The notes below the pieces were generated by a model, which was not told where the DNA came from, did not search any database, and saw only the letters and a list, made by a program, of their open reading frames with translations. Shown one piece after another: positions 24,240 to 32,000 of a DNA stretch of 32,000 nucleotides (within the stretch, counting starts at the first letter, position 1; every line of letters starts with the position of its first letter). A program made the translations under genes and the position numbers. The stretch covers positions 4,320,001 through 4,352,000 of the forward strand of contig NC_010296.1 of NCBI RefSeq assembly GCF_000010625.1. Direction: 5' to 3'. The DNA is from Microcystis aeruginosa NIES-843. Its GTDB lineage: Bacteria; Cyanobacteriota; Cyanobacteriia; Cyanobacteriales; Microcystaceae.

Positions 24240-25871
24240 GTGTCTGCAACCACAGAGGTGGGACAAACCATGCTGTTAGATAGAGATTTGATGCTAGGAA
24301 AGCGTCTGCGGTATCAAGAATTACAAGAAAAATTAAAAGAGATTTGGCAGGGAGAAAACGTTCCCGAATCGGATGAATGGGATTATGATATCCTAGTTGT
24401 CCCTTCTTTTAGTATCGATCAGAGAGTCGGTCAAAAAGTAGCGGGTTTTTTACATTACGAAGAAAGATTATTATTTTCTCTGATTCGGTTGCGACACCCG
24501 AAAACTCGTTTAATCTATGTAACAGCGCAGCCACTGGCGCGGATGGTGATTGATTATTACCTGCAATTGTTGCCTGGGATTCCTTTTTCCCATGCTAATA
24601 ATCGTCTGTTATTACTGACAACTCACGATAACTCTTTTCAACCTTTAACCCAAAAAATTCTGGAAAGACCGCGCTTAGTAGCAAGAATCCGGCAAGCGTT
24701 GCGTCGAGATCGTGCCTACATGGTTTGTTTTAATTCTACTAATTTAGAGCGAGAATTGTCTTTACAATTAGATATTCCTTTATTTGCCTGTAGTCCAGAC
24801 TTATTGTATTGGGGTTCTAAAAGTGGCAGTCGCGAGATTTTTGGTCAAGGCAATATTCCCCATCCTGACGGTAGTTTACAGGTAAATACGGTCAAGGATT
24901 TGTTATACGAAGCCGCTAGTTTGTGGTCCCGTCAACCGCAACTAAAACGCATGGTAGTTAAGTTAAATGAGGGGTTATCGGGAGAAGGAAATGCAGTTTT
25001 AGATTTACGTCCTTTAGCGGAAATTGTTGATAGTAACAGCCTAGATTTAAGCGAGAAAATGAATCTCTTGGCCAAACAATTAGAGAAAATGAGTTTTCAA
25101 GCAAGGGATGAAAATTGGGACAGTTTTTCCGGCAGAATTGCTGAATTAGGGGCAATTGTCGAAGCTTTTATTGAAGGAGAAGAAAAGCGATCGCCGAGTG
25201 TGCAGGGTTATATTACACCCACGGGAGAAGTGAATATTCTTTCCACTCACGATCAAATTTTAGGCGGTCCCGATGGTCAAATTTATCTAGGTTGTCATTT
25301 TCCTGCCGATGAAAATTATCGCCTACAATTACAGGAATTAGGCCTAAAAATAGGGGAAATTCTGGCAGCCAAGGGGGCAATTGAACGCTATGGAGTTGAT
25401 TTCGTCGCTGTGAAAAATCCAGAAACTTTAGTCTGGGATTTACAGGCGATCGAAATTAATCTGCGAAAAGGAGGAACCACCCATCCTTTTATGACTTTGA
25501 AACTTTTAACTAATGGTAAATACGATCGAGAAACTGGATTATTTTTCAGTCAACCTCACCAGGAAAAGTATTATATTGCCTCCGATAATCTCCACAAAAC
25601 CCAATACAAAGGTTTACTTCCCGATGATTTAATGGATATTATTGCTAAACATCACTTGCATTTTGATAGTAGCAGTAAAACAGGAACAGTTTTTCATCTC
25701 ATGGGTGCGCTGTCGGAATTTGGTAAATTAGGGTTAACTTGTATCGGCAATTCTAGTGAGGAAGCTGCGGCAATTTATCAGCGTGTGGAACAGGTGTTAG
25801 ATTGGGAAACAGAGCATAGTTCCATAAATTTAGGTTATTATTATTCTGGATTACCGATCACTTGGATATAA
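24240..25871 (+). CDS. Conserved hypothetical protein, possibly ATP-grasp/peptide-ligase-like
   Basis: A 543-aa ORF with good coding character. The central and C-terminal region (VVKLNEGLSGEGNAV..., GVDFVAV..., AIEINLRKGGTTHP) resembles ATP-grasp ligases. The family assignment is tentative, and the start may be the ATG at 24270. Confidence 0.5.
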   Translation: MSATTEVGQTMLLDRDLMLGKRLRYQELQEKLKEIWQGENVPESDEWDYDILVVPSFSIDQRVGQKVAGFLHYEERLLFSLIRLRHPKTRLIYVTAQPLARMVIDYYLQLLPGIPFSHANNRLLLLTTHDNSFQPLTQKILERPRLVARIRQALRRDRAYMVCFNSTNLERELSLQLDIPLFACSPDLLYWGSKSGSREIFGQGNIPHPDGSLQVNTVKDLLYEAASLWSRQPQLKRMVVKLNEGLSGEGNAVLDLRPLAEIVDSNSLDLSEKMNLLAKQLEKMSFQARDENWDSFSGRIAELGAIVEAFIEGEEKRSPSVQGYITPTGEVNILSTHDQILGGPDGQIYLGCHFPADENYRLQLQELGLKIGEILAAKGAIERYGVDFVAVKNPETLVWDLQAIEINLRKGGTTHPFMTLKLLTNGKYDRETGLFFSQPHQEKYYIASDNLHKTQYKGLLPDDLMDIIAKHHLHFDSSSKTGTVFHLMGALSEFGKLGLTCIGNSSEEAAAIYQRVEQVLDWETEHSSINLGYYYSGLPITWI

Positions 25872-26001
25872 CTAGACTGATTTACTGGGTATAATTTTTT
25901 TTTCAGAGATTTAATCATCCAAGCAGGCAGTTTCTGGCAGCCAATGACCGATAGTTTTACCTTGGTTAAAAGTTGTCTTGACTGCGATGCACTTAACGGG
26001 T

Positions 26002-26241
26002 TTAAATGGCTTCTAAATATTTGCTATCGAGCAGAAATGAGCCTCGATCGAATTTTACACCCCAATAACCCCCCGGCCGGCGATCGATAACCGTGCCGAT
26101 ATCGTCGATATTGAGTAGCTCCGGCGGCCGTAACATAGGCATGGGATCGGCGGTTTTCAGGTAAGGGGGAATGGCAATCAGACGGACTTTTCCCCCGATG
26201 CTAATTTCACTCATGGTACTGGCTAGATGCGATCGTGACAT
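26002..26241 (-). CDS. DUF3148 / SipA-like small protein
   Basis: IGGKVRLIAIPPYLKTADPMPMLRPPELL...GTV...YWGVKFDRGSFLLDSKYLE matches the conserved cyanobacterial DUF3148 (SipA-like) pattern. The likely start is MSEISIGG at 26214. Confidence 0.65.
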   Translation of the reverse strand: MSRSHLASTMSEISIGGKVRLIAIPPYLKTADPMPMLRPPELLNIDDIGTVIDRRPGGYWGVKFDRGSFLLDSKYLEAI

Positions 26242-26505
26242 CGTATCTCAACTTAGCATATTTCAAATCATTCTAAAGATAGATTCCCTAGGGAATAGGT
26301 ATTCTGTAAGCTGTTGCCATCCGCCTTTGGCGTTGGGTTGGGCTGTTGCCTGACCTAGCGGCGAGCGGAGCGATCGCTATCGGTACAATCAAAAAGACCC
26401 AAAATCTTAATCGCTAGTTAGGGAGAGGAATGTAAAGATTTATTAAATATAGAGAAATTGCGGCATGAGATATGATTGATATGGTTGCCTATTAGTCTAA
26501 GTCAA

Positions 26506-26742
26506 ATGAACATTGAACAAGTTATCATTAAAAACCTAAGAAAACTTCCCTTAGAAAAACAACAAGAAGTGTTATCCTTCACCGAATCTCTCACCTCAAG
26601 AATTTCCCTCCCTTCCCCAGATTATAGTCTCACTCCCCAGGAAAAAGCTCAAAAATGGCAGAAAGTAATCGCTAAACTTCCTAAAACAAGTGCGAATTTA
26701 CCTGATGAAGCTTTACACCGTGACACTATGTATGAAGACTAA
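26506..26742 (+). CDS. VapB-type antitoxin (DUF2281-like)
   Basis: MNIEQVIIKNLRKLPLEKQQEVLSFTESL is the typical N-terminus. Its stop overlaps the toxin ATG by 1 nt. Confidence 0.65.
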   Translation: MNIEQVIIKNLRKLPLEKQQEVLSFTESLTSRISLPSPDYSLTPQEKAQKWQKVIAKLPKTSANLPDEALHRDTMYED

Positions 26743-27194
26743 TGACTCAATATTTACTGGATACTAACATTTTGCTTCGGGCGGCTGATACGTCTTCAGC
26801 AACTTATTCTCTTGCTAATAATGTAATTACTCAAATCGTCGAAACAGCTAATGAATGTGTTATTATTCCTCAAGTTTTAATTGAATTTTGGGTAGTTGCA
26901 ACCCGACCCCTTGATGTTAATGGTTTAGGTTGGACTCCAGCACAAGCTACAAATTATGTCAATGATTTATTAGATAACTTTACATTAATTGCAGAAACGC
27001 CGGATATTTTTCCCCTTTGGTTTCAATTAGTCACCATCTACAACATTAAAGGAAAACGCACTCATGATATTAGGCTTCTTGCTGTCATGAAAGCTTCTAA
27101 CATTACCCATTTATTAACCTTTAATCCTGATGACTTTATCCCTATTCCCAATATTACCATCGTTCATCCTCAAGATTTCATTAATTCCCAATAA
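26742..27194 (+). CDS. vapC: PIN-domain toxin (VapC family)
   Basis: 150 aa opening with MTQYLLDTNILLRA, with conserved acidic positions later (…THDIRLLAVM…LTFNPDDF). It appears intact. Confidence 0.85.
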   Translation: MTQYLLDTNILLRAADTSSATYSLANNVITQIVETANECVIIPQVLIEFWVVATRPLDVNGLGWTPAQATNYVNDLLDNFTLIAETPDIFPLWFQLVTIYNIKGKRTHDIRLLAVMKASNITHLLTFNPDDFIPIPNITIVHPQDFINSQ

Positions 27195-27466
27195 TTAAGC
27201 AGCCAATCCGACATACCGCGCCACAATCCCTCACGGAAGGCAATAGGTCGCTTGAGAAGGGGTAAAACAGGGGAAAACACCTGGGACTCCTTCCCCTGTG
27301 AATCCCTAAGCTAGGGAGAGGAATGTAAAGATTTATTAAATTGTATATTTTAATACAGTTGTGGGGGGGGGAATGTGTATAATCCCGTTGTCTCCCTTTG
27401 GTGTTGGGTTGGGGTGTTGCCTAACCTAGCTGGGAGGGGATAACCGCACTATTGAGAAGAAAAAAA

Positions 27467-28219
27467 ATGAAAAACAGCATCTCAGCCGCGATTCTTGGAG
27501 CGGCTGTAACCACTGCACTAATCGGACTATCTACAAGTCCTGCTCACGCTGCTCCTCCTGCTGCTCAACTTAGCTTCAAGTTCGACTTTTTAACTTCGGA
27601 CGGTGATTTATTTAAACTGAATCTGACTACGGAGGACACGCTGACTACTGTGACTGATGTACCCGCTTACACTGATCCAACCAGTGGTTTAACTTCTCCA
27701 AAATATACCTTTACAGGCTACAAAATCCTTGACGTGACGGGAACAGTTACTGAAAAAGGCATCACTAACCCTATTGCTAATATACTTCCCGCAGGCTCTG
27801 GCGTTTTTAATGCACCTGTCGATGGTGTTCCAACCATAGACCAGATTCCCCACTCGCCGACGGATAACCTTTACAATCCCAATGGTGGCTTTGCTCCAGG
27901 AGTGCTTCCAGCAGGGTATAAAGCTGGTAACTTTTCTTTTGGAGGTCTAGCTTTCCATGTAGGGGGTACTGAAAATGAAGATTATCAAGTATTCACCCGG
28001 CCGGATTTTGATAGCACCTTCAAGCGGCCGGGGCCAGGCTATGACTATGGCGGTTGCCCCGGTAGCTGCAAAGGGGCTATACAAATTGTTCCTGAACCCT
28101 CCTCAACCGCTGGACTTTTAGCTATTGGCTCCTTTGGTGCATTAGGCGCAGCTTCAACCCTGAAACGCAAACTAAAATCCTCCAAAACATCAGAAAACGA
28201 AACCACAAAAGTAGGCTAA
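27467..28219 (+). CDS. PEP-CTERM sorting-domain protein
   Basis: It has a signal peptide (…STSPAHA) and the C-terminal motif VPEPSSTAGLLAIGSFGALGAASTLKRKLK. The ATG at 27467 is preferred over the TTG at 27452. Confidence 0.8.
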   Translation: MKNSISAAILGAAVTTALIGLSTSPAHAAPPAAQLSFKFDFLTSDGDLFKLNLTTEDTLTTVTDVPAYTDPTSGLTSPKYTFTGYKILDVTGTVTEKGITNPIANILPAGSGVFNAPVDGVPTIDQIPHSPTDNLYNPNGGFAPGVLPAGYKAGNFSFGGLAFHVGGTENEDYQVFTRPDFDSTFKRPGPGYDYGGCPGSCKGAIQIVPEPSSTAGLLAIGSFGALGAASTLKRKLKSSKTSENETTKVG

Positions 28220-28243
28220 ATTGCTGACAAAATACGATAAATG

Positions 28244-28269
28244 CCCCTTCATTCAGTCAGTTGAGGGGG
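28244..28269 (+). terminator. Conserved hairpin, copy H3
   Basis: ccccttcattcagtcagttgaggggg is followed by tttatt, ~25 nt after the PEP-CTERM stop. Confidence 0.6.
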
Positions 28270-28314
28270 TTTATTGTATAATAGGGACATGATTAAATCA
28301 AGAGGATTTTGGTT

Positions 28315-28569
28315 ATGCAACAGGTGACGATTGAGCTACCCACCACCATAATTAATGCTCTAGCCGCCTACAATCAAGAGCATAAGGTATCTTCTTCTGA
28401 TACAGTACAAACGGCTATAGAATCATTTTTAATAGCGAAAGGCTATTTATCCAAACCGAAAAAATCTTTTCACTTATCTCCCGCACCCAAAGGAAGTGGC
28501 TATACTGACACATCCATCAATCATGACGCTGTTTTAGCCGAATTTACAGCTTGCCTCTATATAGATTAG
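28315..28569 (+). CDS. RHH/CopG-like antitoxin
   Basis: MQQVTIELPTTIINAL...KGSGYTDTSINHDAVLAE is typical of cyanobacterial VapB-like antitoxins. AGAGGA lies 8 nt upstream of the ATG at 28315. Confidence 0.55.
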   Translation: MQQVTIELPTTIINALAAYNQEHKVSSSDTVQTAIESFLIAKGYLSKPKKSFHLSPAPKGSGYTDTSINHDAVLAEFTACLYID

Positions 28570-28796
28570 GATTTGAACAAGCCACTCATTTCACACAAAA
28601 TTGCTTAGAATCTGCTAATCTGATCAATCCGACAGAAGATCAGTATTTCGCAGCCATAGCAAAAGCTAAACAATTTCCTGATCAAACTATTACTATTGTT
28701 GATGCTTTGACTGCTATCATCTCAATCGAATTAGATCTACCTGTTTGGAGCTATGATTATCATTTTGATATAATGCGGGTGAAAGTATGGAGATAA
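28551..28796 (+). pseudogene. N-terminally truncated PIN-domain (VapC-like) remnant
   Basis: Only the C-terminal PIN half is recognisable (TITIVDALTAIISIELDLPVWSYDYHFD). It lacks the N-terminal xLDT acidic motif and is 81 aa rather than ~130. It abuts a PEP-CTERM tail remnant. Confidence 0.5.
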
Positions 28797-28858
28797 CCCT
28801 CAAGTGCCAACTAAAACCCTCCAAACCCTCAGAAAAGGAAACCACAAAAGTCTCCTAA
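28796..28858 (+). pseudogene. Orphan PEP-CTERM 3' tail remnant
   Basis: It translates as TLKCQLKPSKPSEKETTKVS*, paralleling the real tail TLKRKLKSSKTSENETTKVG* at 28157-28219. No PEP motif or gene body lies upstream. Confidence 0.5.
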
Positions 28859-28885
28859 AAAACATTAATAAAAAACTTGCGATCG

Positions 28886-28911
28886 CCCCTTAATTCAGTC
28901 AGTTGAGGTGG
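28886..28911 (+). terminator. Conserved hairpin, copy H4 (slightly degenerate)
   Basis: ccccttaattcagtcagttgaggtgg is followed by ttttgttttttt. Confidence 0.5.
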
Positions 28912-29007
28912 TTTTGTTTTTTTATATATCTTCCTCTTACACATTAGTCGCTCGAAAATGATAAGATAGATATAATAAACCAGATTGAGTCTGAGGAAAA
29001 ATCAAAA

Positions 29008-29262
29008 ATGCAATTTATTCAGACTAAAGCCAAAATCAAAGATGGACAATTAATTATCGAGCAACCCCATCAAGATTTGCCAACAGACACAGAGATTGAA
29101 GTTGTTATTATTGTTCCCGATCAAAATGAACAAGTAGAATTTGAACAAGCTCGTACTAAGATGCAAGCTGCATTTAAAGAAGCAGGTATCGACACTGATG
29201 AACAGATTTTAGAGCTTATTCGTAAAGTGAAGCAAGAACTATTTCAGGAGCGGTATGAATGA
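29008..29262 (+). CDS. Putative antitoxin
   Basis: An 84-aa acidic ORF that overlaps the downstream PIN gene by 4 nt (ATGA). The call rests on position. Confidence 0.55.
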   Translation: MQFIQTKAKIKDGQLIIEQPHQDLPTDTEIEVVIIVPDQNEQVEFEQARTKMQAAFKEAGIDTDEQILELIRKVKQELFQERYE

Positions 29263-29694
29263 GGAGAATTTTTTTAGATGCAAATATTTATATTATTGGT
29301 CAATTAAAACCCCTCTCACCACAAGAGCGAATTCTTACATGGTTAGGATATTATACCCCCAATAATCAATCTTCAATCAAAGTTATTATTTCCCAGGAAC
29401 TCATTAACCAAATTTTACGAGTTGGCAAAAGCAGCCAAAATAGTAGATCAAATCTGGCAGAATCTTAATTGCTTATGTATACCAGAAACGATTGCAATGA
29501 AAGCAGAAGCAAGTCAGATAATTGCAGAAAAATTAGTGCCTTCTGAAGATGTTTTTATCTATCTAACTGCCAAATATGGTGCGGCAGAAATCTTTTTGTC
29601 TGAAAATCGAGAATTAATCAAAATTATTGCTGATTTTGATTGTTTAACATCAGAGGAATTTCTTGATAAATATCTGCGACAAATGCCCCCTTAA
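29259..29694 (+). pseudogene. PIN-domain toxin gene, frameshifted
   Basis: The N-terminal part MRRIFLDANIYIIG... (29259-29468) and the C-terminal part ...AKAAKIVDQIWQNL...IFLSENRELIKIIADFDCL (29422-29694) are in different frames. The shift is near 29415-29425. Confidence 0.7.
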
Positions 29695-29712
29695 TTCAGT
29701 CAATTGAGGGGG
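29686..29712 (+). terminator. Conserved hairpin, copy H5
   Basis: cccccttaattcagtcaattgaggggg is followed by tattttt. The PIN stop codon lies inside the 5' arm. Confidence 0.55.
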
Positions 29713-29859
29713 TATTTTTGGCCTAACTCTCTCAATTCCCATGATTTCAAGGAGTATGGTTTATCCTTTCATCCGATATCTGCTACAATACAGATACAGG
29801 AAATAACATTTTGATCAGTAGGGTAGAAGTCTTTTCCGTTATCTTAGAAGGTAAGCATC

Positions 29860-30153
29860 ATGAAAAATTTAGAAGAAATTAAAGCGATTTTGGGTCAAGT
29901 TAAGTCCTTAGTAAAAGAAAAGTATCATGTCAGTGAATTAGGTATTTTTGGAGATTATGTAAAAGGAGAAGTGCAGGAAAATAGTGAAGTTAATATTCTG
30001 ATAGATTATACAGAACCGCCTAGTTTACTAGATTTAGTAGATCTGGAATATTATTTAAGTGATTTACTTAAGGTAAAAGCGGATGTTATCAGTAAAAATG
30101 GATTAAAAGGAAGAAGGAGAGAAAGAATTTTATCCGAGGTTATTTATGTATGA
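29860..30153 (+). CDS. MNT-type nucleotidyltransferase antitoxin
   Basis: 97 aa with GIFGDYVKGE...NSEVNILID. It overlaps the HepN start by 4 nt. Confidence 0.85.
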   Translation: MKNLEEIKAILGQVKSLVKEKYHVSELGIFGDYVKGEVQENSEVNILIDYTEPPSLLDLVDLEYYLSDLLKVKADVISKNGLKGRRRERILSEVIYV

Positions 30154-30499
30154 CGCAACGGGAATTTAGAGATTTCTTGCAAGACATTCTAGAGGCAATT
30201 TGTCAACGAGAAAAGATGACTCAGGATCTAAGCTTTGCAGAATTTCCAACTAAGATAGAAATATTTCTTTCGGCAGTAAAATTAATTGAAATAATCGGGG
30301 AAGCAGTCAAAAATATTCCTGATGAAGTGAGAGTTAATTATCCCAATATTCCTTGGAAAAACATCGCAGGTATGCGGGATAAATTAGTTCATGACATGAA
30401 TATTGGGCAATTGATGAAAAAGTCGTCTGGAAAGTGATTCAAAACAATCTCCCCCAGCTAAAGAGAATCATTATCAGTATCATTGAGAAATTACAATAA
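30150..30499 (+). pseudogene. HepN (DUF86) toxin gene with C-terminal frameshift
   Basis: The R-x4-H motif is retained (MRDKLVHD). After HD the ORF ends as MNIGQLMKKSSGK* at 30437, while the family-typical tail WAIDEKVVWKVIQNNLPQLKRIIISIIEKLQ* continues in the +1 frame to 30499. This is consistent with a 1-nt indel near 30395. Confidence 0.6.
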
Positions 30500-30610
30500 A
30501 TTTTCCTTCCTCCTTTAAAAACCCACCTCCCCACTTCCCACTTCCCCATTCATAATTATTCCCACTTGCAAGAGTGCCTTTTTGAACCTTTCCCTAAAAA
30601 GGTCTTAATT

Positions 30611-31510
30611 TTAGGGAAATACAGTTAAAGGAATCCATTCGTAGGTGTTGACAATGCCTTGAAAATAATCATTAATAGTTTCTCTGGAATAGGGAACAAC
30701 ACCCTCTTCACCAAACCAACGTTCATAAATTGTCACCGCTTGTTGTTGGTCACTAACGATCCCTTCCATGAATTTTAATAGGGTATAATTCACTGTATCG
30801 CGCCATTTAGAATCATTTTCGGGTAAAGTACAGGCATAGGATTCGTAGGCGTAGGGATAGGAGGGAACTATGGCTAAATTATTGGGATTTTTAGCGCTTT
30901 TCCTTAAACCTTCCAGGGTAATGCCATCACTGGCAAAACCATCAATTTCTCCCGCTTCTAGTTTTTGTAAACCCTCGCCACGATTTTTAACTTTGACCAA
31001 AATAGCGGCGGGTTGTTGAGTTTTAATTACTGCTTCATTAGTAGTATTGGCAATTACTCCAATGCGTCTGCCTGCCAGGCTACCGATGTCATCGAGATTA
31101 CTACCTTTGCGGGTGAGCAATTGAGTACCACCGGCAAAGTAACTAACAGAAAAATCCACTTCATTTTCTCTTTTCCAAGTAAAAGTAGTGGAGCCACATT
31201 CTATATCTATAACCCCTGTTTTCAACTTTTCAAAGCGATTTTGGGGAGTAATCTCAACAATTTTTAACTTAATTGGTTTTCCTAACTTCCGTTCGGTTTC
31301 CTTGCGAATTAACTCTAACATATCAAGGCTGTAACCCACCCACTTGCCCTGGGAGTTGACAAAACCAAAGGGAATAGCATCTTTACGAGCGCCCGCAGTA
31401 ATTACCCCAGTTTTTTGAATGCGATCGAAGATTGCTCCCGCAAGGCTAGAATGGTTACTGGTGAGGGTTAAAGCTACTGTCATCGTCATGACGGCAAGTG
31501 TACGCTTCAT
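30611..31510 (-). CDS. Amino-acid ABC transporter substrate-binding protein (family 3 SBP)
   Basis: 299 aa with a signal peptide. The patterns GVITAGARKDAIPFGF...GKWVGYSLDM, DIECGSTTFTWKRE and DGFASDGITL are typical of polar amino-acid binding proteins. Confidence 0.85.
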   Translation of the reverse strand: MKRTLAVMTMTVALTLTSNHSSLAGAIFDRIQKTGVITAGARKDAIPFGFVNSQGKWVGYSLDMLELIRKETERKLGKPIKLKIVEITPQNRFEKLKTGVIDIECGSTTFTWKRENEVDFSVSYFAGGTQLLTRKGSNLDDIGSLAGRRIGVIANTTNEAVIKTQQPAAILVKVKNRGEGLQKLEAGEIDGFASDGITLEGLRKSAKNPNNLAIVPSYPYAYESYACTLPENDSKWRDTVNYTLLKFMEGIVSDQQQAVTIYERWFGEEGVVPYSRETINDYFQGIVNTYEWIPLTVFP

Positions 31511-32000
31511 TTTTTTTCCTAATCTGAAAGTGGCTCAAGTCTGGGACTGTTTCAGGAGACTGAGAGTTTCCCAGAGGAAGATTTTTCAGAGGAGATTGCT
31601 GGGGACAAAAAAAGAGGAGAGATGTTACTCTCTCCCCCTTTCAGTTTTTTCGACAGCATTTTAAATTGTTTTTTCAGTTGTCGCTGTCGGGCCGAACCAC
31701 CCTTGCCTTTGTCGTTACGTCCCTGACGGCGGGGGGACTCCCATCGCTTAAGTCGCATAGTTTTTAATTCAAATTTGGTTAGTTATCTGTATTGTAACAG
31801 GGTTAGCGTCAGTTTGGGTTAAGGAAATGAACTGACGGGGTGTAGGGTGTGGGGTGTGGTGCGATTCGTTGGCTAGAAACTAGACAGTAAGACGTTTAGA
31901 GGATTAGCCGCTTGGTAAATGTAGTACCTTGATAACTTTATAACCCTACAGGTGCGGGTTAGTAATAACCTTAGTCCTGTCCTCTAGATGCCTAGAGTGA

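Noticed and set aside
31552-31758. 68-aa very basic ORF (-) upstream of the ABC binding-protein gene
   Set aside because: The Lys/Arg/Gly-rich first half is intriguing, but the second half is low-complexity. I recognise no family and there is no clear RBS, so it is left uncalled rather than reported as a gene.

Overview
This window looks like cyanobacterial chromosome. It has frequent GCGATCGC (HIP1) octamers, the psaF-psaJ pair, PEP-CTERM proteins, heptamer STRR-like repeats, and many toxin-antitoxin (TA) modules and MITEs. The style resembles Microcystis, but that is a guess.

Housekeeping genes:
- AI-2E permease, ppa, a nanE-like gene and a Rieske oxygenase (130-5107)
- tRNA-Val(GAC) and an arginase-family ureohydrolase (11102-12157)
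- cobA, yjbQ, psaF, psaJ, an ATP-grasp-like gene and a DUF3148 gene (22072-26241)
- an amino-acid ABC substrate-binding protein (30611-31510)

Between these lies strongly rearranged accessory DNA. The two most interesting loci are visibly AT-rich and, by eye, free of HIP1 sites. They sit on either side of the tRNA-Val/ureohydrolase pair.
1. A minus-strand three-gene operon (10935->6898) encodes a NurA-like nuclease, a HerA/FtsK-type ATPase and a DUF4338 (Druantia DruA-like) protein. The last two genes are only 2 nt apart.
2. A plus-strand two-gene operon (13292-15460) encodes a GIY-YIG-type nuclease with an unusual insertion and a DGQHR (DndB-like, ParB/Srx-fold) protein. The genes are 3 nt apart.

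I do not recognise either gene combination as a named defence system. Both are proposed as candidate novel anti-phage or conflict systems.

The second cassette, together with a DUF433/DUF5615 TA pair, is flanked by ~0.7-kb direct repeats of the 5' part of the ureohydrolase gene. One copy is intact and the other is a decayed pseudogene. This is the signature of a single-crossover (Campbell-type) integration.

Other content:
- an ISL3 element with an intact 8-bp target-site duplication (TSD) and a nonsense codon in its transposase
- two cognate ~188-bp MITEs, each with its own TSD
- a second small MITE family
- REP-like hairpins
- a tandem segmental duplication around an MNT/HepN module
- a run of TA cassettes bounded by a conserved terminator hairpin, in which the toxin genes are preferentially frameshifted or truncated

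No CRISPR array, rRNA or integrase was seen.
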